Below, piece by piece: positions 37,197 through 45,935 of a stretch of 64,000 bases of DNA (positions are counted from its first letter, which is position 1; each line of letters starts with the position of its first letter). Below the pieces are notes generated by a model. The model had not been told where the DNA came from. It saw only the letters and a list, made by a program, of their open reading frames with translations, and did not search any database. This stretch comes from Acidimicrobiales bacterium (GTDB lineage: Bacteria > Actinomycetota > Acidimicrobiia > Acidimicrobiales > Aldehydirespiratoraceae): NCBI GenBank assembly GCA_047516945.1, contig JAKZTU010000162.1, positions 455 to 64,454 on the forward strand, written 5' to 3'. The position numbers and the translations under genes are program-made.

Positions 37197-38575
37197 CCCT
37201 CGATCTCAGTAGCCCCCGTCGAATTCACCTGATTGGCGCCGGTGGTGCCGGCATGGGTGCAATCGCTTCGGTACTTGCAGCGATGGGTCATGAGGTGTCG
37301 GGAAGTGACCTCAAAGAAGGCCTCATAGTTGAACGCCTGCGAGCTGAGGGTATTGGTGTAGCGATTGGCCACAAAGCGGCGAATGTCGGTGGGGCCGAAC
37401 TCGTGGCGATTAGCAGCGCGATTCCTGAACACAACTCTGAGCTGACCGCGGCTCGCCGGTTGGGGATCGAAGTGCTGCGACGGATGGATCTATTGCCTGC
37501 CATCTCCGAGCAGAGACGAACGGTTGCCGTCGCTGGTACGCACGGGAAAACGACGACTAGTTCGATGTTGTCGATGGTTCTCACCGAAGCCGGTTTTCAG
37601 CCATCTTTCATTATCGGTGGAGACATCAACGAGATCGGTTCAGGTGCCGTATGGGGCGATGGTGATTGGATGGTTGTTGAAGCCGATGAATCTGATCGCA
37701 CGTTTCTCTCATTGGGTCCCGAAGTCGCCGTCGTTACCAATATTGAGCCGGATCATCTCGAAACCTATGGAGGAGAACCTTCTGCGTTACATGATGCTTT
37801 CGTTGAGTTCGCCGATGGAGCGGCGAATTGTGTCATGTGCGCAGATGACCGTGGAACTCTCGCGCTGGCGCAGCAGTTGGGTGCTGTGACTTACGGAACG
37901 GTCTCTGTGGCTGACTATCAACTCGTAGACATCGTCAAGAGCCGAGCCGCTATCTCGTTTTCTTTGAAGCATCGTGGTGAACGGGTGGTCAGTGTCGATT
38001 TGCCGACGCCAGGACTCCACAATGCTCTGAACGCCGCTGCGGCTGTTGTGGTTGCGCTTCAAATCGGCGCGCCGGCCGATGCCGCGAGTCGAGCTTTGTC
38101 GCGATTTGGAGGTGTGGCTCGTCGCTACGAATTTCGGGGAGAAGCCTCAGGAGTCACCTTCGTAGACGACTATGCGCACCTTCCCGCAGAGGTTGAGGCT
38201 GCTTTGGCTGCAGCGGCAGACGGAGACTGGAAGCGGATCGTGGCCGTGTTTCAACCTCATCGGTACAGTCGAATCGCCGCGTTGGGCCAGGATTTCGCGG
38301 ATGCTTTTTTGCAAGCTGACGAGGTTGTTGTGACAGATATCTACTCTGCTGGTGAGACTCCACGCCCGGGAGTCACCGGAAAGCTCGTGGTGGACGCCGT
38401 TCTGGGTGCTCATCCCCAGACCCGTATTTCCTATGAGCCACATCTTGGCGACGTCGCGGATTTGCTGGCTGAACGGCTCAGGCGAGGTGATCTTTGCCTG
38501 ACTCTTGGCGCGGGAGACCTGACCGGCGTCCCAGATGCCGTCCTTGAACGGTTGCGATCTGAACAAGTACGATGA
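37193..38575 (+). CDS. murC: UDP-MurNAc:L-Ala ligase
   Basis: Motifs IHLIGAGGAGMGAIA and VAGTHGKTTTSSM. Confidence 0.9.
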   Translation: MTLDLSSPRRIHLIGAGGAGMGAIASVLAAMGHEVSGSDLKEGLIVERLRAEGIGVAIGHKAANVGGAELVAISSAIPEHNSELTAARRLGIEVLRRMDLLPAISEQRRTVAVAGTHGKTTTSSMLSMVLTEAGFQPSFIIGGDINEIGSGAVWGDGDWMVVEADESDRTFLSLGPEVAVVTNIEPDHLETYGGEPSALHDAFVEFADGAANCVMCADDRGTLALAQQLGAVTYGTVSVADYQLVDIVKSRAAISFSLKHRGERVVSVDLPTPGLHNALNAAAAVVVALQIGAPADAASRALSRFGGVARRYEFRGEASGVTFVDDYAHLPAEVEAALAAAADGDWKRIVAVFQPHRYSRIAALGQDFADAFLQADEVVVTDIYSAGETPRPGVTGKLVVDAVLGAHPQTRISYEPHLGDVADLLAERLRRGDLCLTLGAGDLTGVPDAVLERLRSEQVR

Positions 38576-39558
38576 CCATCCCTTCTGATTCGAGCAACGT
38601 AAGTGGCGTAACAGAAGCGTTGCGCTTGAGTCAGCTATCGCCTAAGACTCGGGTCGGTGCACCTCTTGGTCCGCTCACCAGCTATCGCGTCGGTGGGTCC
38701 GCTGCGGCGCTCGTGATTGTCGACACCCTCAACGATCTGTCCACGCTTTGCGAGGTTGTTGCGGGCGTGGAAGGGGGTTCTGATGTGGCGCTAGCGGTCG
38801 TCGGCAGAGGATCCAACCTGTTGGTTAGCGACGATGGATTCGCTGGGATCGTGGTAATGCTCGGTCCAAGGTTTGGTGAGATAGTCGTTCAGGACAAGAC
38901 CGTTGTGGCTGGTGCCGCTGCCAAGCTTCCGGTTGTTGCTCGCGCTTCGGTCAACGCCAAACTTGCGGGGTTTGAGTGGGCTGTTGGAGTTCCGGGAACG
39001 GTGGGTGGTGCGGTGCGGATGAACGCGGGTGGACACGGTGCTGAGATGAAGGACTCTTTGACTGCCGCTCGGCTAGTTGACCTCCGCACTGGCGAATATG
39101 TGTGGCGTTCCAACAAAGATCTGGCATTTGGCTATCGCAGTTCGTCGGTGAGCGCGACAGAACTGGTGCTAGAGGCCCACTTTGAGTTGGTCCCTGGCGA
39201 TTTGGCTGCCGGAAAGGCCCAGTTGCTTGAGATTGTGCAGTGGCGGCGGGCGAATCAACCTGGCGGCCAGAATGCGGGTTCGGTTTTTACCAACCCCGAT
39301 GGCGACAGCGCCGGGAGGCTCATTCAGTCGGTTGGAGCCAAAGGTTTGCGGATCGGCACTGCTGAGGTGTCGCAGAAGCACGCGAACTTCATCCAAGCCG
39401 ATGAAAACGGATGTGCCTCAGACATTTTGTTGTTGATGAAAGAGATTCAGCGACTCGTGTCTGAGGGGCACGGCATCGAACTCGTATTCGAAACTCAGTT
39501 GTTGGGTTTTGGTGACTTGACCGATGGCGGTGCTGACAACCATGCGGAAAGCCGATGA
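38572..39558 (+). CDS. murB: UDP-N-acetylenolpyruvoylglucosamine reductase
   Basis: FAD-binding motif VVGRGSNLLVSD, plus GSVFTNP and VSQKHANFI. Confidence 0.9.
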   Translation: MTIPSDSSNVSGVTEALRLSQLSPKTRVGAPLGPLTSYRVGGSAAALVIVDTLNDLSTLCEVVAGVEGGSDVALAVVGRGSNLLVSDDGFAGIVVMLGPRFGEIVVQDKTVVAGAAAKLPVVARASVNAKLAGFEWAVGVPGTVGGAVRMNAGGHGAEMKDSLTAARLVDLRTGEYVWRSNKDLAFGYRSSSVSATELVLEAHFELVPGDLAAGKAQLLEIVQWRRANQPGGQNAGSVFTNPDGDSAGRLIQSVGAKGLRIGTAEVSQKHANFIQADENGCASDILLLMKEIQRLVSEGHGIELVFETQLLGFGDLTDGGADNHAESR

Positions 39559-40367
39559 CAACCGTCACCAATATTGATCCTCGACTTCGTGCCCGACGGG
39601 GTACCGTACGCCGCGCTGAAGGTCGACGTCGGCTTCGCTTCATCCTCGCGGGTTTGGCAATTCTGGGGTTGATTTTTTGTGGTTGGGCGGCATTGAGCTC
39701 GCCGCTGCTTGACCTTGACCATGTCGAGATCACGGGTCTAGGCCCGTCTCGGCTCGCAGAGGTAGAACAAAGCGTCGGGCTTGAAAAGGGCACTCCCCTC
39801 AATGACATCGAAATCGGCCCAATCAAAGCCGATCTTGAAGCGCTTCCCTGGGTGCTGCATGCCGATGTTGAGAAATCGTGGCCTGGCACTGTGCAAATTG
39901 AAGTGATTGAGAGGATTGCGGTTGCACAACTCGTGCGAGAAGATAGTCGAGTAGCGGTGGTTGATGCGTCTGGCACGGTAATGGCCGAAGGTGGCTTGGA
40001 GTACGAAGAGTTGCCGCGAATTTCCTTTGAAGCCAACGCTGCGCTCGGAGAGATTGAACCTGAAGCACTCCCGGGACTTGCCTTGATCGCAGTCCTGCCC
40101 GATGACCTTTTTGAGTGGGTTGAAGCGGTCACCTACAGCCCTGGAGCATCCGCAGAAGCAAGGGGAGTGGTCGGACTTGATCTTGTCGGCGAAGCGGAGG
40201 CACATCTTGGCGAAGCCACCCTTCTGAACGACAAGGTTGAGGCCCTGAGATCTGTCCTCAACGGGGTTGATCTCACCTGCATTCGCGTGATTGATGTGGC
40301 TGTCCCCGATTTTCCAACCATCCGACGCGACCCCGTGTGCAGTGCCTGGGCAGGAATACGGCGTTGA
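39555..40367 (+). CDS. ftsQ: cell division protein FtsQ (POTRA)
   Basis: Basic N-terminus, one TM helix (ILAGLAILGLIFCGWAAL) and a POTRA-like block (VEITGL...). Sits between murB and ftsZ. Confidence 0.8.
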   Translation: MTTVTNIDPRLRARRGTVRRAEGRRRLRFILAGLAILGLIFCGWAALSSPLLDLDHVEITGLGPSRLAEVEQSVGLEKGTPLNDIEIGPIKADLEALPWVLHADVEKSWPGTVQIEVIERIAVAQLVREDSRVAVVDASGTVMAEGGLEYEELPRISFEANAALGEIEPEALPGLALIAVLPDDLFEWVEAVTYSPGASAEARGVVGLDLVGEAEAHLGEATLLNDKVEALRSVLNGVDLTCIRVIDVAVPDFPTIRRDPVCSAWAGIRR

Positions 40368-40478
40368 TGGCTCCGGCTGCGCCCGGTGAAAGCAACGCAA
40401 AGTAGCCGACCGTCCGCGAATATACGCGCACACTCGTATACCGTCATCGGTTGACTAGTACCTGTTTGGTGCAACTCC

Positions 40479-40504
40479 GATTCAAGTTTTTTAGATTCAA
40501 GTTT
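40479..40504. repeat. two copies of GATTCAAGTTT, 15 bp apart, just upstream of the ftsZ ribosome-binding site
   Basis: gattcaagttt at 40479-40489 and 40494-40504, within an AT-rich segment. The ftsZ ATG is at 40519. Confidence 0.7.
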
Positions 40505-40518
40505 GAGGACCACAAGCG

Positions 40519-41622
40519 ATGTCTCATCCGCAAAACTATCTCGCTGTCATCAAGGTCATTGGCGTTGGCGGCGGCGGTGTCAACGCCGTCAACCGGATGA
40601 TCGATGCTGGACTGAAGGGTGTCGAGTTCATTGCCGCCAACACTGACGCGCAAGCGTTGTTGATGAGCGATGCCGACGAGAAGATCGATATCGGCCGCGA
40701 CCTGACTCGCGGCCTCGGTGCAGGCAGCGATCCAGAAGTTGGACGCTTAGCTGCGGAAGCGCACCTTGACGAGATCCGCGAGTCGATCCGTGGAGCTGAC
40801 ATGGTGTTTATTACCGCAGGTAAGGGAGGCGGTACGGGGACAGGTGCCGCGCCGGTGATCGCGGAACTCGCCAAATCGGAGGGAGCACTTACGATCGGCG
40901 TGGTCACACGCCCCTTCGCCTTCGAGGGACGCCGCCGTTCGGTTCAAGCCGAAGCCGGAATTCACAAACTGAAGGAGAAAGTCGACACACTGATCGTCAT
41001 TCCCAACGATCGCCTGTTGACCGTGTCAGACACGAACACCTCCGTTCTCAACGCCTTCAAAATGGCCGACGAGATCCTGCTGCAAGGTGTTCAAGGCATC
41101 ACCACTTTGATCACCACGCCAGGTCTGATTAACACTGACTTTGCTGATGTGCGGGCCATCATGACCGACGCTGGCAGTGCTTTGATGGGGATTGGTCGCG
41201 GCACTGGTGAAGGCAGAGCTGTCGCCGCCGCACGCGACGCCATTTCAAGCCCGCTGCTTGAGGCCTCGATCGAAAATGCTCGTGGCATCCTGCTCAACAT
41301 CAGCGGTGGGGCTGATTTGGGCTTGCTCGAAGTCAACGAGGCGGCAGAGATCATTCATGCAGTTGCCCATCAGGACGCCAATATCATCTTCGGAACAGTT
41401 GTTGATGACGAGATGGGCGATGATGTGGGAATCACGGTTATTGCCGCTGGTTTCGATCGCTGGGATGATTCACGTGCCACTCCGCGTCAAACGGTTCGAC
41501 AAGACGATGCCCAAGTTTCGCAACCGACCGGCGACGTGCCGATAGCGGATGTCTTTGCCTCCTTTGGTGACGATGATCTTGACCTCGGCGACGAATTCGA
41601 CGTTCCATCCTTCTTGAGGTAG
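40519..41622 (+). CDS. ftsZ: cell division GTPase FtsZ
   Basis: Motifs [17 protein letters not shown] and the tubulin signature [13 protein letters not shown]-terminal DVPSFLR peptide. Confidence 0.97.
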   Translation: MSHPQNYLAVIKVIGVGGGGVNAVNRMIDAGLKGVEFIAANTDAQALLMSDADEKIDIGRDLTRGLGAGSDPEVGRLAAEAHLDEIRESIRGADMVFITAGKGGGTGTGAAPVIAELAKSEGALTIGVVTRPFAFEGRRRSVQAEAGIHKLKEKVDTLIVIPNDRLLTVSDTNTSVLNAFKMADEILLQGVQGITTLITTPGLINTDFADVRAIMTDAGSALMGIGRGTGEGRAVAAARDAISSPLLEASIENARGILLNISGGADLGLLEVNEAAEIIHAVAHQDANIIFGTVVDDEMGDDVGITVIAAGFDRWDDSRATPRQTVRQDDAQVSQPTGDVPIADVFASFGDDDLDLGDEFDVPSFLR

Positions 41623-41634
41623 CAGAGGTGGCGC

Positions 41635-42333
41635 GTGATTGAGCGCTCCCTTCCCGCTGGATCCGATCACGTCGTCCGGGTGCGCTGCTCGGAGCGTTGC
41701 GACGGCGACTATGCCGTTCATAGTAACCCTGAGGTGCTGGCTCGGGCGCGTGGCTACCTTGCGCCAGGAGCCTGGACATGGTTGCAGCAGGTCCATGGCG
41801 CGAACGTTGTGGTGGTGGATGAACCCGGAGCAGAATGCGGAGCGCCGGCGGATGCAAGTGTGACGAACTGTGTCGATGCGGTGCTATCGGTTCAGACGGC
41901 CGATTGTGCGCCGCTGGTGCTTGCTTCGGAGAGCCTGGTGGGACTTGTGCATGCAGGCTGGCGGGGAATCGTGGAAGGTGTGATTGGGGCAACGTTTGAT
42001 TCATTACGCAGTTTTGGTGGCGAAGAGATCCACGCCTTGCTGGGCCCCTGCATCTCACCCGCTGGTTACCAATTTGGGCTGGCCGAACTGGATTTGGTTG
42101 CGTCAGTTGCCGGTGATTCTGTGCGCTCGACAACGAACGATGGCTTACCCGCGCTGGATCTCCGCGCGGCGGTTTTGGCGCAATGTGGCGAAGCAGGTGT
42201 GTCTTCGTTCTCAGTCGTTGGCCCGCGCAATAGCGCTACGCCTTTCGACACGGCCGATAGTCGCTGGTACTCACACCGCACCCGCGGTGAACCACAGCGA
42301 CAGGCAACGGTGGCATGGCTGGAGAAGCGATGA
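41635..42333 (+). CDS. pgeF: peptidoglycan editing factor PgeF (YfiH/laccase-domain protein)
   Basis: Motifs QQVHGANVVVVD, VQTADCAPLV and VHAGWRGIVEGV. Confidence 0.85.
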   Translation: MIERSLPAGSDHVVRVRCSERCDGDYAVHSNPEVLARARGYLAPGAWTWLQQVHGANVVVVDEPGAECGAPADASVTNCVDAVLSVQTADCAPLVLASESLVGLVHAGWRGIVEGVIGATFDSLRSFGGEEIHALLGPCISPAGYQFGLAELDLVASVAGDSVRSTTNDGLPALDLRAAVLAQCGEAGVSSFSVVGPRNSATPFDTADSRWYSHRTRGEPQRQATVAWLEKR

Positions 42334-42989
42334 CTGACAGGGCTTCGGTTGCGCGACGCTTATCGCAGATTCGCGAGCGTCTGTCGGCTGTCAACGGAGA
42401 GCATGTACGAGTTGTGGCAGTTACCAAGGGCCATGCTGTGGACACCATTGAGGCCGCAATCGGCGCTGGCTGCACTGACATTGGTGAGAGCTACGCACAA
42501 GAGTTGCTGCACAAGAATCGGACGCTGTTGGCGCACTGTCAGAATCGTCCTCAGGTACATTTCGTAGGAGGTCTGCAACGCAACAAGATCCGCAAACTGG
42601 CTTCTATTGTTGACGTATGGCAATCCATTGATCGTTTCGACCTCGGTGAGGAACTGGCGCGGCGGTCTCCTCAAGCCCGGGTGATGGTGCAGGTCGATCT
42701 TTCAGGTGAACAAACCAAACGAGGGTGCTCTGCGGCGACAGCCCCCGAATTGGTCGCACGACTAATCGAACTTGAACTCAACGTGATCGGACTCATGGGA
42801 ATCGGGCCGATAGGGGCACCAGAGAAAGCACGGCCGGGGTTCGCTCTTCTTCGTGGATTGGTTGATCGACTTGGTCTCGCTGAGTGCTCGATGGGGATGA
42901 CCGCAGACTTGGAGGTCGCGGTGCAGGAGGGTTCAACTATGGTTCGGATTGGGACGGATCTGTTCGGCCCGCGGCCTCCAACAAAGTGA
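42330..42989 (+). CDS. yggS: YggS-family PLP homeostasis protein
   Basis: Start moved to ATG 42330 (ATGA overlap). Motifs VAVTKGH (PLP Lys), HFVGGLQRNK and SMGMTADLE. Confidence 0.85.
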   Translation: MTDRASVARRLSQIRERLSAVNGEHVRVVAVTKGHAVDTIEAAIGAGCTDIGESYAQELLHKNRTLLAHCQNRPQVHFVGGLQRNKIRKLASIVDVWQSIDRFDLGEELARRSPQARVMVQVDLSGEQTKRGCSAATAPELVARLIELELNVIGLMGIGPIGAPEKARPGFALLRGLVDRLGLAECSMGMTADLEVAVQEGSTMVRIGTDLFGPRPPTK

Positions 42990-43047
42990 ATAGTTGACCA
43001 ATGAAGGGTCTGTTTGGGGCGCCCGGTTGGCTTATTACGTGGTGGTT

Positions 43048-43061
43048 GCCCACCGGTGGGC
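43048..43061. promoter_or_regulatory. perfect 14-bp palindrome upstream of sepF
   Basis: GCCCACCGGTGGGC lies 41 nt upstream of the sepF ATG. A second small palindrome TAGCGCTA is at 43066-43073. Confidence 0.3.
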
Positions 43062-43101
43062 GTGGTAGCGCTACATTTGCACGTGAAGGCAGGTGTTGAG
43101 C

Positions 43102-43698
43102 ATGTTGAAAAAAGCACTGTTTTATCTTGGGCTGGGGTCAGACGAGGAATACGAGCATTACGACGACCGGGTTTCGGGTGGTGTGCTTCCATCTGGGGGG
43201 GAGACGCTTCCCAGTGTCTCGACGACGGCACACAACACAAGACAGGGTCCTGGTAGCGCAACGGTGCGTCCGATCATGCCTTCCGATTCTATGGACCCGC
43301 CTGTACGCCCAGTCGTTCCGGTCGATCCTGCGCCGATTGACGCAGGCACGGGTGGGTGGATTCAGTCATCAGTCGTGGGAGCATCCGCAGTTCGGATCGT
43401 GGATGATCCTCCGACTAGGTCTTCGACATCGAACCCTCATACGGCTTCTCCTACTATCTTCGAAGAGGCTCCACGTATTGGTGAGCGGCTTAAAGCAGGG
43501 CAGCCAGTGATCATGAACCTGCAGAATGCCGATAGGAGCACCCGACGCCGACTCCTCGACTTCGCGAGTGGCGCCTGTTATGCCCTAGGCGGGAAGATGG
43601 AACGGGTGGCCGAGCAGGTGTTTCTCATCACCCCACCCGAGGTTATTACGCGATCTATGGCTGAGGCTTCCCCCGTCGATCAGGGCTTCAACGTCTAA
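43102..43698 (+). CDS. sepF: cell division protein SepF
   Basis: MLKKALFYLGLG membrane-targeting helix and a C-terminal SepF core (AGQPVIMNLQNADRSTRRRLLDFASGACYALGGKMERV). ATG 43102 is preferred over GTG 43093. Confidence 0.85.
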   Translation: MLKKALFYLGLGSDEEYEHYDDRVSGGVLPSGGETLPSVSTTAHNTRQGPGSATVRPIMPSDSMDPPVRPVVPVDPAPIDAGTGGWIQSSVVGASAVRIVDDPPTRSSTSNPHTASPTIFEEAPRIGERLKAGQPVIMNLQNADRSTRRRLLDFASGACYALGGKMERVAEQVFLITPPEVITRSMAEASPVDQGFNV

Positions 43699-43826
43699 CG
43701 GCCACGTGGTTGGACTGCCGCCGCGAACCGGAGATTGCGCCTTGCGATGGTGCGAGCGCCGTAGATCGTCGAGGCTGCAAAGTAGCGTCCCCGAATCGAC
43801 GATTCCTCTGTTCTACAATTCCGAAC

Positions 43827-45095
43827 ATGGACGGTTTGTCTTCCCTTTTGCAACAAGTCAGTTTTCGCGAGAGTTGGCGGGGCTACGACCCCGATCAGGT
43901 TGATGCGTACGTTGACCAGGTCAGTAAGGCCGTTGCATGGGCGCAAAGGGAAATAGCCACTCTGGCCGAGCGCGTTGAGGCTGCCGAGACCCGCTCGGAC
44001 GAAATCAGCGACCCTCAGCCAGAAATTCCAGCGTCCGGCGTGAGCCAAACACCTGAAGGGCTTGCCCGAACGCTTGCTTTGGCCCAAAGCGCTGCCGACG
44101 AGGCGGTCGCCGAGGCTCGTCAACAAGCCGAGCAAATGGTGGCTGAGGCCGAGAGTCAAGCTGGGGCCACAATCGCTGGCGCAACCGCTGATGCACTACA
44201 GACTCGTAGCGAAGCTGATGAGTATGCGGAGTCGACCTTTGCCAACGTCGAGAAACTTGTTAGAGAACGGGAAGCGGCTGCGGCGACTGCAGAGCGTGAC
44301 AAGTATGTCTCAGAGATTGCTGAGTTGACAGCACATCGCGCCCTGCTGGCAGAGGATCTCGAACTTCTTGAGCGGCACGTTGGTGAACAACGCCAAGCGA
44401 TCGAGAGGTCGTTGTCGAAGCTGACCGATCTCGTGATGTCTCCAGAGACCTTCCGAATGGACTCTGGGCCAGCAAGCGAAGTAGCTGAATCTGAGCTTGG
44501 TGACGCGGTCGAGGCAGAAACGTCCGATGCCGCTCTTGGCGACTCTGATGATTCAGATGGCTCTGACGCTGACGACGAAGAGAGAGTTGGCGAGTCGGAT
44601 GATCTTGACACCGATGATGGTGTAGATGAATTGGATGTCTTTGAGGTTGAACACGACTCAGACGAGAGCGTTGACGCCAAACCCGACGATGAGGTCGGTC
44701 TGGACGCGTCGGCCGTATTTGATGATGAGATCGACTTGCTACACAGTGACAAACCTCTCGATATCGAGGGCGATGATTCAGCTGCTTCCATTGATTCCGG
44801 GCATGGGCAGCCGCGGTTCGTGACGGCTGCTGATTTGGAGGAACAGCGTTCTGTTGACGAACCAACTGCGCCTGATGAACGAATGGACAATGGTCCAGCC
44901 ATGTCTCAGTTGTTCGACGAGGATGAACTGCCTCCAGCGGTGGCAAACAAGCGCGAAGAGGAGCCTTTTCTAGCTCAGCTTCGAGAAGCGGCTTCGAGAG
45001 ACAACGTGCGAATGGATAGCGATGATGCCCTATCAGCGTTCTTTAATCAGGATGAGGACCAGAGAAGGTCTCCCTGGTTCTTGGGCAGTCGCTGA
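43827..45095 (+). CDS. divIVA: DivIVA-domain protein with long acidic C-terminal region
   Basis: Start moved to ATG 43827. Motif FRESWRGYDPDQVDAYVDQV and a coiled coil. The second half is Asp/Glu-rich. Confidence 0.8.
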   Translation: MDGLSSLLQQVSFRESWRGYDPDQVDAYVDQVSKAVAWAQREIATLAERVEAAETRSDEISDPQPEIPASGVSQTPEGLARTLALAQSAADEAVAEARQQAEQMVAEAESQAGATIAGATADALQTRSEADEYAESTFANVEKLVREREAAAATAERDKYVSEIAELTAHRALLAEDLELLERHVGEQRQAIERSLSKLTDLVMSPETFRMDSGPASEVAESELGDAVEAETSDAALGDSDDSDGSDADDEERVGESDDLDTDDGVDELDVFEVEHDSDESVDAKPDDEVGLDASAVFDDEIDLLHSDKPLDIEGDDSAASIDSGHGQPRFVTAADLEEQRSVDEPTAPDERMDNGPAMSQLFDEDELPPAVANKREEEPFLAQLREAASRDNVRMDSDDALSAFFNQDEDQRRSPWFLGSR

Positions 45096-45176
45096 ACTCG
45101 TCAACACGCGCATCCGCTAAACTGCGGCCTGACTGAGGCGGTCATGCGTCGGTCACAGGTGTGAAGGACCGGCAGT

Positions 45177-45821
45177 ATGGCCACGACAAAGAAGAGTTCA
45201 GCAAGCGCTGCAAAAAAAAACGCTGCTAGGAAGGCTCCAGCTGAGAAGGCTGCTGCCAAGAAAGCCGCGGCAATGAAGAGCACCGCTACGAAGGCTCCCG
45301 CCAAGAAGGCTGCGGCAATGAAGAGCACCGCTAAGAAGGCTCCCGCCACAAAGCCTGCTGCTGAGAAGGCCTCTGCTAAGAAAGCCGCGGCGATGAAGAA
45401 CACAACCAAGAAGCGAGCGGCGAAGAAAATAGCGGCTAAGAAGTCACCGTTCGGTAAGAAATTCAATGATGAGATGAAGAAGCGACTCCAAGTAGAGCGG
45501 ACAAAGTACCTCCACTCTGAAGAGATCCTTCGGGCTGAGGCCGACGCGCTTATCGAGGGTCGCGAACCTGGTGATGTCCAGTTCGACGAAGAGAGCGGCG
45601 AAGGCGACACGCTTGCGGTGGAGCGTGAACGCGATCTAGCTCTGTCGGCTCAGGCAAGAGTTGCGGTCGATCAAATCGACGCGGCGCTAGATCGAATTGC
45701 TGCTGGCACTTATGGCATTTGTGTCGTTTCCGGTCTGCGAATTCCACAGGAACGCCTCCGCGCGATCCCCTGGGCCGCGGAACGTGTTGAATACAAAGTC
45801 GGCAGCCTTCAGCGACGATGA
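45177..45821 (+). CDS. DksA/TraR-like protein with Lys/Ala-rich (histone H1-like) N-terminal tail
   Basis: Residues 1-95 are AKKA-type repeats. A coiled coil follows, then a C-terminal RIAAGTYGICVVSGLRIPQERLRAIPWA block that matches the DksA finger region but keeps only one Cys. Confidence 0.7.
   Translation: MATTKKSSASAAKKNAARKAPAEKAAAKKAAAMKSTATKAPAKKAAAMKSTAKKAPATKPAAEKASAKKAAAMKNTTKKRAAKKIAAKKSPFGKKFNDEMKKRLQVERTKYLHSEEILRAEADALIEGREPGDVQFDEESGEGDTLAVERERDLALSAQARVAVDQIDAALDRIAAGTYGICVVSGLRIPQERLRAIPWAAERVEYKVGSLQRR
45258..45347. repeat. 2 x 45-bp tandem repeat inside the Lys/Ala-rich tail coding region
   Basis: aagaaagccgcggcaatgaagagcaccgctacgaaggctcccgcc / aagaaggctgcggcaatgaagagcaccgctaagaaggctcccgcc. 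A third diverged partial copy lies near 45379. Confidence 0.85.
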
Positions 45822-45935
45822 CTCAGAGCATGCGCGGATTAAACAACTCATTGCTCGATACCCGTTGTTTCCCGCTCTTGTTCGCTGCGCTCACGGACCG
45901 CTCAATCCGCTCGGCCTCTTAGCGGGTGAGCCGCC

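Noticed and set aside
39389-40433. 247-aa and 231-aa minus-strand ORFs
   Set aside because: They are antisense to murB/ftsQ, with Ser/Arg/Pro-rich translations and no start context.
41438-42133. 231-aa minus-strand ORF
   Set aside because: It is antisense to ftsZ/pgeF and has a low-complexity translation.
44156-44946. 248-aa and 228-aa minus-strand ORFs
   Set aside because: They are shadow frames of the Asp/Glu-rich divIVA tail (a poly-Ser/Arg translation).
45101-45610. 169-aa minus-strand hydrophobic ORF (FLAAAF repeats)
   Set aside because: It is the antisense reading of the AKKA-repeat region of the DksA-like gene, so the periodicity comes from the sense-strand repeat.
45822-45935. Remnant lspA between the DksA-like gene and rluD
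   Set aside because: Only 114 nt are available, and no frame shows signal-peptidase II motifs. The 80-aa ORF 45697-45939 overlaps the DksA-like gene and has no motifs.
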